Assembly: GCF_009914755.1 (NCBI RefSeq)
Contig: NC_060937.1
Strand: one strand, 5' to 3'
Length of the DNA stretch: 64,000 nt
Source: the human T2T-CHM13v2.0 reference genome, Homo sapiens
A program made the translations under genes and the position numbers. Under the pieces are notes generated by a model, which was not told where the DNA came from, searched no databases, and worked only from the letters and a program-made list of their open reading frames with translations. Shown in pieces: positions 63,281-64,000 of the stretch (position 1 is its first letter; each line of letters starts with the position of its first letter).

Positions 63281-64000
63281 TGCAACTCTTGATTTCTGAG
63301 TTCTTCCAAGCATCTGAGTTCTTCTTGATGCCTCATTAGATCTACAAAATAATGACTACACAGTAATATTTTTAGTTTCCCTTTCCATATTTTTATACCA
63401 ATAAGCATAGAAGTTCTCTGTCACTGGCAATATATTGGTATATTACTCATTTTATAATAAATTGTAAGCTGGGTAATTAATCAAATAAATATCCTTTCTG
63501 AGCACGTTTCTTCATGTATATAAAAAAGAGTATTCAAGTTCATTCTTGGCCAGGTGCGGTGGCCCACGCCTGTAATCCCAATACTTTGAGAGGCCAAGGC
63601 AGGTGGATCACTTGAGGCTAGGAGTTTGAGACCAGTCTGGCCAACAAGGCAAAACCCCAACTCCACCAAAACTACAAAAATTAGCTGGGCATGGTGGTGT
63701 GTGCCTGCAGTCCCAGCTACTCAGAAGGCTGAGGTAGGAGAATCACTTGAACTCGGGAGGTGGAGGATGCAGTGAGTCGAGATTGTGCCACTGCACTCCA
63801 GCCTGAATGACAGAGCAAGACTCCATCTCAAAAACAAGTTCATTCTTGTTGGGGAAAAAAAGCATAATAAACTCCTCTTGGCTGGGCGCGGTGGCTCATG
63901 CCTATAATCCCAACAGTTTGGGAGGCCCAGGTGGGCAACAGAGTGGGTTGCATAGCAGGACTGTCTCTAAAATAAAATGCAACAGAGCAAATGCAACAGA

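Overview
Human (or very close great-ape) genomic DNA, most likely the pericentromeric 13q12.11 region around TUBA3C. The window has one intact protein-coding gene, a 5-exon testis-type alpha-tubulin on the minus strand (CDS 17437-25318, 450 aa, matching the TUBA3C/TUBA3D protein as I recall it). It sits in a mosaic of unprocessed (intron-retaining) duplicated gene fragments. (1) An SMPD4 pseudogene on the minus strand, 8 exons at 2528-14764, with frameshifts, a stop and an apparent U12-type intron. (2) An orphan last exon of MZT2A/B on the plus strand at 16345-16502; the shared SMPD4/MZT2 head-to-head promoter is missing. (3) A two-exon CDC42BPB (MRCK-beta) relic on the plus strand at 28799-30936. 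(4) A 3' PSPC1 copy on the minus strand at 45194-63341, whose last three exons still splice into an open frame while an upstream exon is cut by a nested pair of 5'-intact L1PA elements. The rest is Alu-dense, with a MER11 solo LTR inside an Alu, MaLR LTRs, a Tigger MITE, old L1M fragments and microsatellites. Gene identities come from recalled protein sequences, not from a database search. I see no clearly new biological system. The best speculative lead is an L1-promoter-driven 133-aa PSPC1 C-terminal low-complexity product.
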